Source: an uncultured Acidobacteriota bacterium (GTDB lineage: Bacteria > Acidobacteriota > Thermoanaerobaculia > UBA5066). From it: a DNA stretch of 64,000 nucleotides. Below are positions 1 to 11,078 of the stretch, piece by piece. Numbering within the stretch: position 1 is the stretch's first letter; every line of letters starts with the position of its first letter. Under the pieces are notes generated by a model, which was not told where the DNA came from, did not search any database, and saw only the letters and a list, made by a program, of their open reading frames with translations. A program made the translations under genes and the position numbers. Location of the stretch: positions 992,001-1,056,000 of the forward strand of contig CAVZYA010000002.1 in the NCBI GenBank assembly GCA_963779415.1. The letters run 5' to 3'.

Positions 1-380
1 AGCGGGGCGGCCGCGAAGACGCCGGTGTACCGGTTCGTCGCGGCGGCGACGAGGTCGGCGACGGCCGACGCGAAGAGCCCTCCCCCCGGGATGTAGGCGA
101 GGTAGCCGGGGGAGGCGGCGTTGAAGCTCTTCGGGATCGCCCGGTCGAAGAGGAGGTCGAGAAGCTCCTCGGCCGGAGCGCCCGTCTCGGGAGGCTCGCG
201 CTCGATCAGCGCTCGCGAAAGCGCGGCCGCTCCCTCCGTGTCGGCCGCGCGCTGCGCCGGGAGGGAGTCGACGTGCGCGACGATCCGCGTCATCGCGAGG
301 CGGAGGAGACTCTCCATCTCCGCTGCCGACGGCTCGAGCGAGGTGTCGGCGGGGAAGGGGGGCGGAATCCGCGACGACAC
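1..380 (-). CDS. PLP-dependent group II decarboxylase (aromatic-L-amino-acid decarboxylase-like), 5' part; runs off window
   Basis: Hand translation from GTG at 380: ...LLDLLFDRAIPKSFNAASPGYLAYIPGGGLFASAVADLVAAATNRYTGVFAAAP, a typical group II decarboxylase N-terminus; directly follows glmM. Confidence 0.8.
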   Translation of the reverse strand, partial: MSSRIPPPFPADTSLEPSAAEMESLLRLAMTRIVAHVDSLPAQRAADTEGAAALSRALIEREPPETGAPAEELLDLLFDRAIPKSFNAASPGYLAYIPGGGLFASAVADLVAAATNRYTGVFAAAP

Positions 381-384
381 GCCT

Positions 385-1707
385 TCAGGCTCCGAGCGCC
401 ACGCGGGCGACATCGGCCAGCTCGGAGGCGAGGCTCTCGACGAGCCCGGCGTCCTCCCCCTCGACCATCACCCGCAGGAGAGGCTCGGTCCCCGAGTAGC
501 GGATCAGGAGGCGCCCCCGGCCGGCGAGGCGCTCTTCGGCGCGGCGGATGGCGCCAGCGAGCGCCGGGACCTCCTCGACCGGGACGCGCTCGCGGACGCG
601 GACGTTCTTCAGGAGCTGCGGCGCCTTCGGAAAGCGCGGCTGTGCCGCGAGAGAAGTCCGGGACAGGGCGACGAAGGCCGCGAGGTGGAGCCCGGAGAGG
701 ATTCCGTCTCCGGTCGTCGAGAGGTCCGCCCGGATCAGATGGCCGGACGGTTCTCCCCCGAGGAGGGCGCCGCTCTTCTCCATCTCCTCCACGACGTAAC
801 GGTCGCCGACGGCGGCGCGGAGAAGGGGGACGCCAAGGTCCGCGAGCGCCCGCTCGAACCCGAAGTTCGACATGACCGTGCCGACGACGGCCGAAGGCCT
901 TCGCCCCTCGCGGATCATCTCGAGCGACCAGAGGTAGAGGATGTCATCGCCGTCGAGAAGACGTCCCTCCCCGTCTGCGACGACGATCCGGTCCGCGTCG
1001 CCGTCGAGGCCGATTCCGAGGTCGGCGCCCGATTCGCGCGTCACGCGCGCCATCGTCTCGGGATGGAGGGCGCCGGAACCCTCGTTGATGTTCCGGCCGT
1101 CGGGGGCGATCGCGAGAGGCACCACGCGGGCGCCCGCCGCGCGGAAGGCCGCGGGCGCGACGGCGTGTGCGGCGCCGTTCGCGGCGTCCACCACGACGGT
1201 GAGGCCGTCCAGCCGCCCCGGGAGCCCTTCGAGGAGGTGCCCGATGTAGAGCTGCGGAAGAAGCGGGTCGGGAGTGACGGCTCGCGGCGGCGCCGGCGCG
1301 CTCTCCTCGATCCGGCGCTCGATTGCCGCCTCCACGCGGTCGGGGAGCTTTCGCCCCGCCGCCGAGAAGATCTTGATGCCGTTGTCGCGCCACGGATTGT
1401 GGGAGGCGGAGACGACGACGCCCGCCTCGGCCGAGAGCGCACGGACGAGGTGGGCGACCGCGGGGGTCGGGACGACGCCCGCACCGGTCACCGTCCCCCC
1501 GGCGGCTTCGACCCCGCCGGCGAGGGCGGCGATGATGCCGGCCGTCGACTCCCGGGTATCGCCTCCCACGACGAGCCGCGGCCGGGCGGCCCCTTCGGCC
1601 ACGAGACAGGAGACGAGGGCGACGCCGACGCGGGAGACGGTCTCGACGTCGAGGGGGGCCTCGCCCGCGATGCCGCGGATCCCGTCGGTGCCGAAGAGGC
1701 GACGCAT
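385..1707 (-). CDS. glmM: Phosphoglucosamine mutase
   Basis: LFGTDGIRG, SASHNP, DGDADR, GGEPSGH, RYSGTEP motifs. Confidence 0.95.
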   Translation of the reverse strand: MRRLFGTDGIRGIAGEAPLDVETVSRVGVALVSCLVAEGAARPRLVVGGDTRESTAGIIAALAGGVEAAGGTVTGAGVVPTPAVAHLVRALSAEAGVVVSASHNPWRDNGIKIFSAAGRKLPDRVEAAIERRIEESAPAPPRAVTPDPLLPQLYIGHLLEGLPGRLDGLTVVVDAANGAAHAVAPAAFRAAGARVVPLAIAPDGRNINEGSGALHPETMARVTRESGADLGIGLDGDADRIVVADGEGRLLDGDDILYLWSLEMIREGRRPSAVVGTVMSNFGFERALADLGVPLLRAAVGDRYVVEEMEKSGALLGGEPSGHLIRADLSTTGDGILSGLHLAAFVALSRTSLAAQPRFPKAPQLLKNVRVRERVPVEEVPALAGAIRRAEERLAGRGRLLIRYSGTEPLLRVMVEGEDAGLVESLASELADVARVALGA

Positions 1708-1747
1708 CCGGAGTCGAGCTTACCGGAGAAGCAGGACGACCTCCCGA

Positions 1748-2620
1748 TCAGCCTCCGGCCCGCGCCACGGTCGCGAGAAAGCGGATCGTCGCCTCGACGT
1801 CGTGGACGCGGAGGAGGAGGGGATGCGTCGTGGTGGCGTGCGCCGCCACCGCCGCGGCGGCGAGCGACTCGGGGAGCCGGTCAGACGGCGGACGTCCGGC
1901 CACGGAACCGAGAAAAGCCTTGCGGGAGGCTCCGGCGACGAGCGGCGTTCCCGGCGGAGCGAGGTCGGTGAGGCGCGCGAGGAGCGCGAAATTCTCGTCG
2001 GGCTTCTTCCCGAAACCGAAGCCCGGGTCAAGAAGAATTCTCTGAAGAGGGATCCCGAGAGAAACCGCACGGGAACCGGCCGCGGCCAGGTCCGCGGCCA
2101 CTTCGCGGGCGACGTCCCGGAAAGAAGATTCTTCGAAGGTGGTCTGAGGCGTGCCGCGGCAATGGCTCAGCACGATCGCGGCGCCCCGGCTCGCGACGAG
2201 CTCGAGAAGGTCGTCCGGCGCGGCGAGGCCCGTGACGACGTTCACGACGTCCGCTCCCGCGTCGAGGGCCGCGCGGGCTACCTCTGTCCGGCGTGTGTCG
2301 ACGGAAAGGGGAAGAGACGGGAGCTTTCTTCGAAGGGAAGAGAGGACGGGAAGCACGCGGGCGATCTCTTCATTCGAAGAAATCTCCCCGGCTCCCTCTC
2401 CGTAAGCGCTCCCCTTCGGCCTCGTGCTCTCCCCGCCCACGTCGACGATCGCCGCTCCGAGGTCCGCGTACCGGGCACCCTCCTCGGCCGCGGAGTCTGC
2501 CGACCAGAAGCGCCCGCCGTCCGAGAAGGAGTCGGGCGTGACGTTCAGGACGGCCATCACGCCCGGGCCGTCTCCGGTCGAGAGAACCCGGCCGGACCCG
2601 AGCGGCAGGCTCCACCTCAC
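1748..2620 (-). CDS. folP: Dihydropteroate synthase
   Basis: VLNVTPDSFSDGG, DVGGESTRP, DPGFGFGK, GASRK, RVHDV; start set at GTG 2620 inside the longer listed ORF. Confidence 0.93.
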   Translation of the reverse strand: MRWSLPLGSGRVLSTGDGPGVMAVLNVTPDSFSDGGRFWSADSAAEEGARYADLGAAIVDVGGESTRPKGSAYGEGAGEISSNEEIARVLPVLSSLRRKLPSLPLSVDTRRTEVARAALDAGADVVNVVTGLAAPDDLLELVASRGAAIVLSHCRGTPQTTFEESSFRDVAREVAADLAAAGSRAVSLGIPLQRILLDPGFGFGKKPDENFALLARLTDLAPPGTPLVAGASRKAFLGSVAGRPPSDRLPESLAAAAVAAHATTTHPLLLRVHDVEATIRFLATVARAGG

Positions 2621-2659
2621 GGGCCTATTATCGCGGCCGGGGGGAGAAGGGAGATCGCG

Positions 2660-3868
2660 ATGGCAAAGAAGATCTACATCGCGGCGTATCACCAGTCCCC
2701 GTTCGGCAAGCTCTTCGACCTCTCGGTGCCCGAGATTCTCCGGCGCGCCGTGGAGGAGACGTGCGCGGAGATCGGCGTCCACGCGTCGGCCCTCGACGTG
2801 GCCTCGGTGGGCGCCACCTGCCACCTGACGCTGAACCAGCAGGGCCTCCTCTCGGGGCTGGTCGCTTCGGTCCCGGGCCTCGAGGGAAAGCCGATCGAGA
2901 CGGTGGAGAACGCATGCGCGTCGGGGGGACAGGCGATCCTCTCGGTTCTCGGCAAGCTCCTCCTCGGTGACGGCGAGACGGGAATCGCCGTCGGCTACGA
3001 GAAGATGCGCGATCGCGAGGGGAAGATGGACGGCAAGGAGATCGGCCGCGCCCTCGGCTTCTACTCCCACCCCGACGAGCGCCCCGGCAAGGTCTTCGTC
3101 TTTCCCCACCTCTTCGCCGAGATCATGGACGCCTACATGAAGGCGTGGGGGGTCACGGAGAGGGACCTCGCGCAGGTGGCCGTCACCGAGTACGCCAATG
3201 CGAAGCACAACCCGTACGCCCAGATGAAGAACGCCTCCCTCACCCTCGACCAGGCCATGAAGATCGAGGGGATCAACCGGTACATCGTCGAAGGGCTCCC
3301 TTTGAAGACGTACGACTGCTCGCAGATCACCGACGGCTACGCGGCGATGATCCTCGCGACCGGCGAGGGCCTCGCCAAGCTCGGCGTGAAGAAGGCCGAT
3401 TGCGTCGAGATCGCCGGCTGGGGACAGGCGACCGACCCGCTGATGAAGCAGGGGCGCGACGTCCTGCGCCCGAAGGGGGCCTGCCGGGCCGTGGCGCAGG
3501 CCTATGCCCGCGCGGGGGTCACCGCCTCCGACATCGGCGTAGCCGAGGTCCACGACTGCTTCACCGTCATGGGGGCGATGGGGGCCGAGGTGCTGGGCTT
3601 CGCCGAGCTCGGAAAGGGGGCGGCGTACTGGTTGGACGGGAAGGCCGAAGTCGGCGGGAAGGTCCCGATCAACACGTCGGGGGGCCTGATCGCCAAGGGG
3701 CATCCGATCGGGGCCACCGGGGTGGCGATGGTCGGCTGGAGCGCGTGGCAGCTACTCGGCAAGGCGCCGAAGGAGCTTCAGGTGAAGGCGCCGCGGGTCG
3801 CCGCGACGTTCAACATCGGCGGTCCCGTCTGCGCGACGGTGGCGATGGTGCTGAAGCCTGCCGCGTAG
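2660..3868 (+). CDS. Thiolase family protein (SCP2/SCP-x type)
   Basis: ENACASGG, EVHDCF, GHPIGATG; ATG 2660 after AAGGGAG. Confidence 0.9.
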   Translation: MAKKIYIAAYHQSPFGKLFDLSVPEILRRAVEETCAEIGVHASALDVASVGATCHLTLNQQGLLSGLVASVPGLEGKPIETVENACASGGQAILSVLGKLLLGDGETGIAVGYEKMRDREGKMDGKEIGRALGFYSHPDERPGKVFVFPHLFAEIMDAYMKAWGVTERDLAQVAVTEYANAKHNPYAQMKNASLTLDQAMKIEGINRYIVEGLPLKTYDCSQITDGYAAMILATGEGLAKLGVKKADCVEIAGWGQATDPLMKQGRDVLRPKGACRAVAQAYARAGVTASDIGVAEVHDCFTVMGAMGAEVLGFAELGKGAAYWLDGKAEVGGKVPINTSGGLIAKGHPIGATGVAMVGWSAWQLLGKAPKELQVKAPRVAATFNIGGPVCATVAMVLKPAA

Positions 3869-3875
3869 AGCCGGG

Positions 3876-5318
3876 TCAGTTCTTCGGAGCGGGGGTCGCC
3901 TCGACGCCTCCCGGGGTCGCCTCGATCTGCCCTTCCCCGAGCGTGATCTCGACGCGGCGGTTCTTCGCCCGTCCCGGGGCCGTGTCGTTCGGAGCGACTG
4001 GGTTGGCCGGCCCGTAGCCACCGTACGTCATCCGTCCGGCCGAGACCCCCTGCTCCTCGAGGAAGTCGCGGACTCCCTTGGCGCGCGCGGCGGAAAGCTT
4101 CTTATTCGTCTCTTCGGAGCCGGTCGCGTCGGTGAATCCTTCGATCCGGATGTTCTGCTCGGGAAGCATCAGGAGGACGCCGGCGAGCTTGCCCAACGCC
4201 ACCTGCGTCGGCGTCTTCAGCGTCGCCTTGCCGACGTCGAACGAGATGTCGCCGAGGCTCATCATCATTCCGCGCGCCGTCTTCGAGAACGACGAGACCC
4301 GGTCGAGCGCTCCGCCGAGCCGTTTGGCGAGCGCGTCACGCTCGGCCTTCAGGTCGGCCCGCTGCGTCTCGAGCGCCGCCTTTTCCACGGCGAGGGCGTT
4401 CCGTTCTGCGGCGATCTGGTCGATCTGCGCCTTGAGGGAGGTGGCGGTCGCTTCTCCCTCCTCTCTCGTCATGGCGACCTTCTGCTCGAGCGCGGCCTTC
4501 TCGGCCGCGGCCTTCGACGCCAGCGCGGCCTTCTCGGCGGAGACCCTCGCCTTGTCCGTATCGCGGATCGCCTCGCTCGCCAGGGCTGTGGCACGCCGGC
4601 TGTAGTCCTCGACGGCGCTCCGGCTCCCGCCCCGTGCCGAGTTCGTCGCCTGAGCGAGGGCGACGGACGCCTCCTCGATCGCCTTCGGGTTGACGTCCGC
4701 TGCCTTCATCCCCCGGGCGACGTCGAGGATCTTCGTCGCCTGGGCGAGGGAGACGGGTTCCTTGGACGTCCACGACATGTTGGAGATCGTCGGATTGTTC
4801 GCTTTCGGAGCCGGCCCGAGGCCGGAGAAGGAGAACGGCATTCCGGGGGCGCTTTTCGAGTCGGGGGTTCCCGACACGAAGATGACGAGCTCGGAAGGCG
4901 CGACCACGCCGGGATAGGTCTCGGCGGTGACGAGAAGCCCGAAGGCTTTCTGGCCCGTCTGGAACGTGGCGCTGCCCGAATCGTCGCGGACGGGAAGCTC
5001 GCCGAGGTTCTCGGCGAGGCCGTCGCGGGTGACGGCCCAGAGGACGTACGTCGTCACGTCCCCGCCGAAAAGGAGGGCGGGCTGCAGCCTCTTCCAGGAC
5101 GCCTCGATCCGGACCTGGCTGCCGCTGGCTTTCACGGTGGCCTCGACGCGTGCTTCCTTCGAGGCGCGTTCGGTCGGAGCGAAGGTCACGTCGACGCTCC
5201 TCTCCGGCCAGAGAGCCGAGGTCATCCTGACGTCGGCGGCCGTGGCGGCCCGTGCGAGGGCGGCGAGGCCGAGAGCGAGGGCGATCGCGACGAGGAGGAG
5301 CGGAATGCGGAGCTTCAC
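3876..5318 (-). CDS. OmpA family protein (signal peptide, N-terminal domain, coiled coil, OmpA C-domain)
   Basis: IEGFTDATG...NKKLSAARA...GRAKNRRVEI; hydrophobic leader; GTG 5318 after AAGGAGG. Confidence 0.88.
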   Translation of the reverse strand: MKLRIPLLLVAIALALGLAALARAATAADVRMTSALWPERSVDVTFAPTERASKEARVEATVKASGSQVRIEASWKRLQPALLFGGDVTTYVLWAVTRDGLAENLGELPVRDDSGSATFQTGQKAFGLLVTAETYPGVVAPSELVIFVSGTPDSKSAPGMPFSFSGLGPAPKANNPTISNMSWTSKEPVSLAQATKILDVARGMKAADVNPKAIEEASVALAQATNSARGGSRSAVEDYSRRATALASEAIRDTDKARVSAEKAALASKAAAEKAALEQKVAMTREEGEATATSLKAQIDQIAAERNALAVEKAALETQRADLKAERDALAKRLGGALDRVSSFSKTARGMMMSLGDISFDVGKATLKTPTQVALGKLAGVLLMLPEQNIRIEGFTDATGSEETNKKLSAARAKGVRDFLEEQGVSAGRMTYGGYGPANPVAPNDTAPGRAKNRRVEITLGEGQIEATPGGVEATPAPKN

Positions 5319-5368
5319 GGTGACTCCCTCCTTCTTTTCCTTCGACTCTATCGCGAGTCCCTGAAATG

Positions 5369-5398
5369 CGAACGGAGCCGCGGATACGGCCCCGTTCG
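5369..5398 (-). terminator. Stem-loop between the two ompA paralogs (possible terminator or processing site)
   Basis: CGAACGG-A-GCCG-CGGATA-CGGC-C-CCGTTCG inverted repeat; only a weak U tract. Confidence 0.4.
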
Positions 5399-5421
5399 AG
5401 TCGATCGTCGTTTGGAAGAGG

Positions 5422-6900
5422 CTAGTTCTTCTTGGCGGGCTCGGCCGGCTTGGGGGCCTTCTTGGCGGGGGCCTTGGCCGGAGCCGGTGGCACCTCGGGG
5501 GCCGTGAAGCCACCCGGGGTCGGCTCGATCACTCCCTGGGCCAGCGTCAGCTCGACGCGCCGGTTCCGCGTGCGCCCCTCGGCGGTCGCGTTGTCCGCCA
5601 CGGGGTTCGCCGGGCCGTAGCCGGCGTGCGTCATCCGTTCCGGGGCGATCCCCTGCGCCTTCAGAAAGTCGAAGACGCTCCGGGCCCGCTCGGCGGAGAG
5701 CATCCTGTTCCGCTCGGCGGTGCCGGTCGCGTCGGTGAAGCCCTCGATCCGGACGTTCACTTCGGGAACCATCAGCAGGACTCCGGAGAGCTTCGCGAGC
5801 GGCTGGAGGGCGGCCTGCTTCAACGTCGCCTTGTTGACGTCGAAGAGGACGTTGCCGAGGTCCATGGCGAGGCCGCGGGCGGTCTTGCGGACCTCCATGA
5901 TCCTCTCGACGGCTCCGTCCAGCCGGGCCGCCAGGGCGTCACGCTCGGCCTTGAGCGCGGCCTTGTCCGCCTCGAGCTGTGCCTTCTCGGTCTCGAGCTG
6001 CCTCTTCTCGATCGCGAGCTGGTCTCTCTCGGAAGTGGTCGTCGCGAGCCCCGTCTGGAGAGCGGCCTTCTCGGCGGCCTTCTTCGCCTCCTCGGCGGCG
6101 ATCATCGCCTCGTATTCCTTCTGGACGGTGAGGCGGATCCCCTCCGAAGCACGCGCGGTGGCGCGCGCGGCGTAGTCGGTGATGACCTTTGCGCTGCCGC
6201 CGCCGGTGGCCGAGTTGGTCGCCTGCGCGAGGAAGACCGACGCTTCCGGGACCGCTTTCGGGTCGTACTTCGCGACGAGGGGGTTTCCAGCCATCTCCAC
6301 GAGCTTACGGGCCTTCATCAGCTCGACCGGCTCGGCCCCCTTCGTGTACTTCAGATCGGCGATGGAGGGGTTTCCGGGCTTGATGAGGTTCTGGTAGAAG
6401 GCGGATGTGAATCGGTTGAAGGCGAAGGAGGCGCTCTTTGCTTCCTTCGGCGGGGGCGCCTGGGATGTCGCGATGACGAGGGTCGAGGGCTGCGGCGTGC
6501 CGATGATCGGCTCCGCCGTGATCATCATCGCGAAGTCCTTCTGACCGGTCGCGAACTTCCGGCTTCCTTTCGGGTCGGTCACGGCGAGCTCGCCGAGGTT
6601 CTCGGTGACGCCGTCCCTCGTCACGGCCCAGACGGAATAGGCAGTGATGTTCCCCGAGAAGAGGATCGCCGGCTGCATCTCCCGATAGGAGATCTCGATC
6701 TGAGCCTGTCCCCCGCGGAAGTCCACCTCGGCGGAGATCCTGGCGTCTTTCGGGCCGATCGACGTGACGGCAAACGGGATGTCGATGCTCTTCCTTTCGG
6801 GATAGGTCACCGCGGTCAGGGAGAGGTCCGCGGCGGAGGCCGCGGCCGTGAAGAGAAGCAGCGCCCCGAGGGCGAGCATGTTCAGACGGGTCAGTTTCAT
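5422..6900 (-). CDS. OmpA family protein, tandem paralog
   Basis: IEGFTDATG...NRMLSAERA...NRRVEL; shares WAVTRDG..ENLGEL and TAE motifs with its neighbour. Confidence 0.88.
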   Translation of the reverse strand: MKLTRLNMLALGALLLFTAAASAADLSLTAVTYPERKSIDIPFAVTSIGPKDARISAEVDFRGGQAQIEISYREMQPAILFSGNITAYSVWAVTRDGVTENLGELAVTDPKGSRKFATGQKDFAMMITAEPIIGTPQPSTLVIATSQAPPPKEAKSASFAFNRFTSAFYQNLIKPGNPSIADLKYTKGAEPVELMKARKLVEMAGNPLVAKYDPKAVPEASVFLAQATNSATGGGSAKVITDYAARATARASEGIRLTVQKEYEAMIAAEEAKKAAEKAALQTGLATTTSERDQLAIEKRQLETEKAQLEADKAALKAERDALAARLDGAVERIMEVRKTARGLAMDLGNVLFDVNKATLKQAALQPLAKLSGVLLMVPEVNVRIEGFTDATGTAERNRMLSAERARSVFDFLKAQGIAPERMTHAGYGPANPVADNATAEGRTRNRRVELTLAQGVIEPTPGGFTAPEVPPAPAKAPAKKAPKPAEPAKKN

Positions 6901-7026
6901 TTCAGGCACCTTTCTTTTCTGATTGAGGGGAGATTTCTTCGGTCCGGCGCCTCCGGCGGACCGGCGGGGTCGGGTCGACCGATCGAAACCCCATTATAAC
7001 GCGTTGCGTCAGAACGAGACGGCGGT

Positions 7027-8955
<1,929 letters not shown>

Positions 8956-8997
8956 GATGATCCCCGTTTCGTAGTACGCACGGCTCGTGCCGGAGAT

Positions 8998-9561
8998 TCA
9001 GCCCTTCCGGGATCCGGGATCGCTGGCGTCGAAAGGCGCCTCCCCCTCGGTCCGGACCTGGGCGATGAAGGGGAGGTTGCCCCCCTCCCCCTGATACTCC
9101 ATTCCGTATCCGACGAGGATCCCCTCTTCGGATGGGAAGAGAACGTAGTCGACCAGGAGCGGGCACTTCCGTTCCTGTGGGCGGTCCACCAGCGCGGCGA
9201 AGCGGATGGAGCGCGGTGAGAGCTCGAGGAGCTGGTTCACGAGGTAGGTCTCGGTGACGCCGCTCCGCGTCACGTCCTTCAGGACGATCACGTTTGCGTC
9301 CTTCACGTCGAAGGAGGTGATGAAGTTGAGGTTCGTGACCTCCTCGTCGTCCCCCTTCTTGATCACGTCGATGTACTCGCAGCGGACGGCCCGCGTGATG
9401 GCACGCGCGAGGTCGGCGACGAAGAATCCCGCCCCCTTGAGGACCGCGATCAGGACGATCGTCCCGCTCTTGTAGTCGAACGAGACCCGCCGGCCGATGT
9501 CGCCGATCCGCCGCGCGATGTCGGCGGGCCCGTATCGCTCGTCGTAGAGGAGCGCCACCAC
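8998..9561 (-). CDS. hpt: Hypoxanthine phosphoribosyltransferase-like protein with degenerate catalytic motif
   Basis: VLKGAGFFVADLAR, GYGMEY..NLPFI, tilS-hpt-ftsH synteny; PRPP motif reads LKDVTRSGVT. Confidence 0.75.
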   Translation of the reverse strand: MVALLYDERYGPADIARRIGDIGRRVSFDYKSGTIVLIAVLKGAGFFVADLARAITRAVRCEYIDVIKKGDDEEVTNLNFITSFDVKDANVIVLKDVTRSGVTETYLVNQLLELSPRSIRFAALVDRPQERKCPLLVDYVLFPSEEGILVGYGMEYQGEGGNLPFIAQVRTEGEAPFDASDPGSRKG

Positions 9562-9570
9562 GCCAGTCTA

Positions 9571-10563
9571 TCAGGGGCGGGAAGGGCGGGGCGTGAGGCG
9601 AACGACCCGCGAATCCGCGGAAATTCGAAGGCCGGCGAGGCTCTCGGCGACCTTCGTCTCGCCGCCGAAGAGGCGGCCGACGGCGCGCGAGAGCTGGACG
9701 CGTCCCGGGACGCCGCCGCGCGCCCCCGCCGCCCGGACGAGAAGGCGGGCCGTCCCCTCGGGGCCGAGGCCGACGAGGAGGGAGCGGGGCCAGGGGCCCT
9801 CGGATCGGATTCCTGCCCGCGTCAGGGCCACATCGATCGCTCCGTCGAGGATCTCGAGCCGGCGCGTCCAGGCCTCGCCGGCGCGGGCGAGGCGCGCCGC
9901 CGTCCCGGGAGAAGCTTCTTCCAGCGCCGGCAGCTCGCGGCGACGGATCCGGTTCCGCTGGAGCCGTTCGTTCTCGTTCGTCTCGTCCTCGCGCCACGCG
10001 ATTCCTCGCGAGGAGAGGTACTCCCGCAGTTCCGCGCGGGAAGAGCTAAGGAGAGGCCGGACGAGCCCGTCCTCCCGGCGTGCGCGGATCCCGCCGCGTG
10101 TCCGCCCGGTGTGCCGGTGGAGGTTCAGAAGAACCGTCTCGGCCTGGTCGTCGAGGGTGTGTCCCGTGGCGACGAGCGTTTGCGGGCCGAGTTCGCTCGC
10201 GAGGGAGAGAAGCGCCCCATATCGGAGCCGCCGGGCCGCCGCCTCGAGGCTCTCCCCCTTCCGGCGGTTCTTCGGGACGTCGATCGGTTTGAGAAAGAAC
10301 CGGATTCCGAGAGTGGCTACGTGATCGGCCACGAACAGCGCGTCCGCCTCGCCCGCCTTTCCGCGAATCCCGTGCGCCACGTGGCAGGCCACGAGATCGA
10401 ACGGGAGAGGGGAACCGGGGAAAGCGTCCTGCGAAAGGGAATGAAGGAGGAAGAGAAGAGCCGTCGAGTCCCCGCCGCCCGAGCACGCCACGATGACGCA
10501 CGACGCGCCGTCGAGCAGATGACTCTCTTCGAGATGCCGGTTGAAGCGACTGAGAATGTCCAA
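9571..10563 (-). CDS. tilS: tRNA(Ile)-lysidine synthetase (short form)
   Basis: SGGGDS, EAAARRLRY, GHTLDDQAET, RPLL, DETN, RNRIR. Confidence 0.93.
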   Translation of the reverse strand: MDILSRFNRHLEESHLLDGASCVIVACSGGGDSTALLFLLHSLSQDAFPGSPLPFDLVACHVAHGIRGKAGEADALFVADHVATLGIRFFLKPIDVPKNRRKGESLEAAARRLRYGALLSLASELGPQTLVATGHTLDDQAETVLLNLHRHTGRTRGGIRARREDGLVRPLLSSSRAELREYLSSRGIAWREDETNENERLQRNRIRRRELPALEEASPGTAARLARAGEAWTRRLEILDGAIDVALTRAGIRSEGPWPRSLLVGLGPEGTARLLVRAAGARGGVPGRVQLSRAVGRLFGGETKVAESLAGLRISADSRVVRLTPRPSRP

Positions 10564-10704
10564 CCCTCAGAGCGTACGCGCGGAGGGGGTATGGGGGAAC
10601 CCGGCGACCGGGTTCCCCCGTCCATATCGCCGCGAAAGAATTCTCGCCTGTGCGACCGAGCCTGGGAAGAGCGCGTCGGCCGAAGGCCGTTCGAAGCTTG
10701 AGAT

Positions 10705-10780
10705 TGGTGGCGGTGGGCGGATTCGAACCGCCGACACGGGGCTTATGAGACCCCTGCAACTACCACTGTGCTACACCGCC
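10705..10780 (-). tRNA. tRNA with CAT anticodon, probably elongator tRNA-Met
   Basis: Cloverleaf: GGCGGTG acceptor stem, GGGGT-CTCATAA-GCCCC anticodon arm, GGCGG-TTCGAAT-CCGCC T arm, encoded CCA. Confidence 0.92.
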
Positions 10781-10835
10781 GGAGCCCGCGCGCAGGGGCG
10801 GCGCGGGGCGTGAATCCTAGCATTATGATTGAGAC

Positions 10836-11057
10836 GTGAAGTCCCCCGGCGAGCTCGCTGAGATCCTCGGGAAGGGGATCTGCTGCCGCTGCGGCGAAGA
10901 GGTGGAGAGGAAGGTCCTCCAGCGCTGTCCGTGGTGCTTCAAGGACTTCTGCTTCTCGTGCCGTTTTCCGCGCGGGGTGGCCGACTACTGCAGCCGCGCC
11001 TGCGCCGAGGCGATGTTCCACGGCGGCGACGAAGAGGACGGGGGCGAGGAGGAGTGA
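10836..11057 (+). CDS. Small Cys-rich putative zinc-finger protein
   Basis: CCRC, CPWC, FCFSC, YCSRAC and an acidic tail in 73 aa. Confidence 0.65.
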   Translation: MKSPGELAEILGKGICCRCGEEVERKVLQRCPWCFKDFCFSCRFPRGVADYCSRACAEAMFHGGDEEDGGEEE

Positions 11058-11078
11058 GGGCGGAATGGGTCTCCGACC

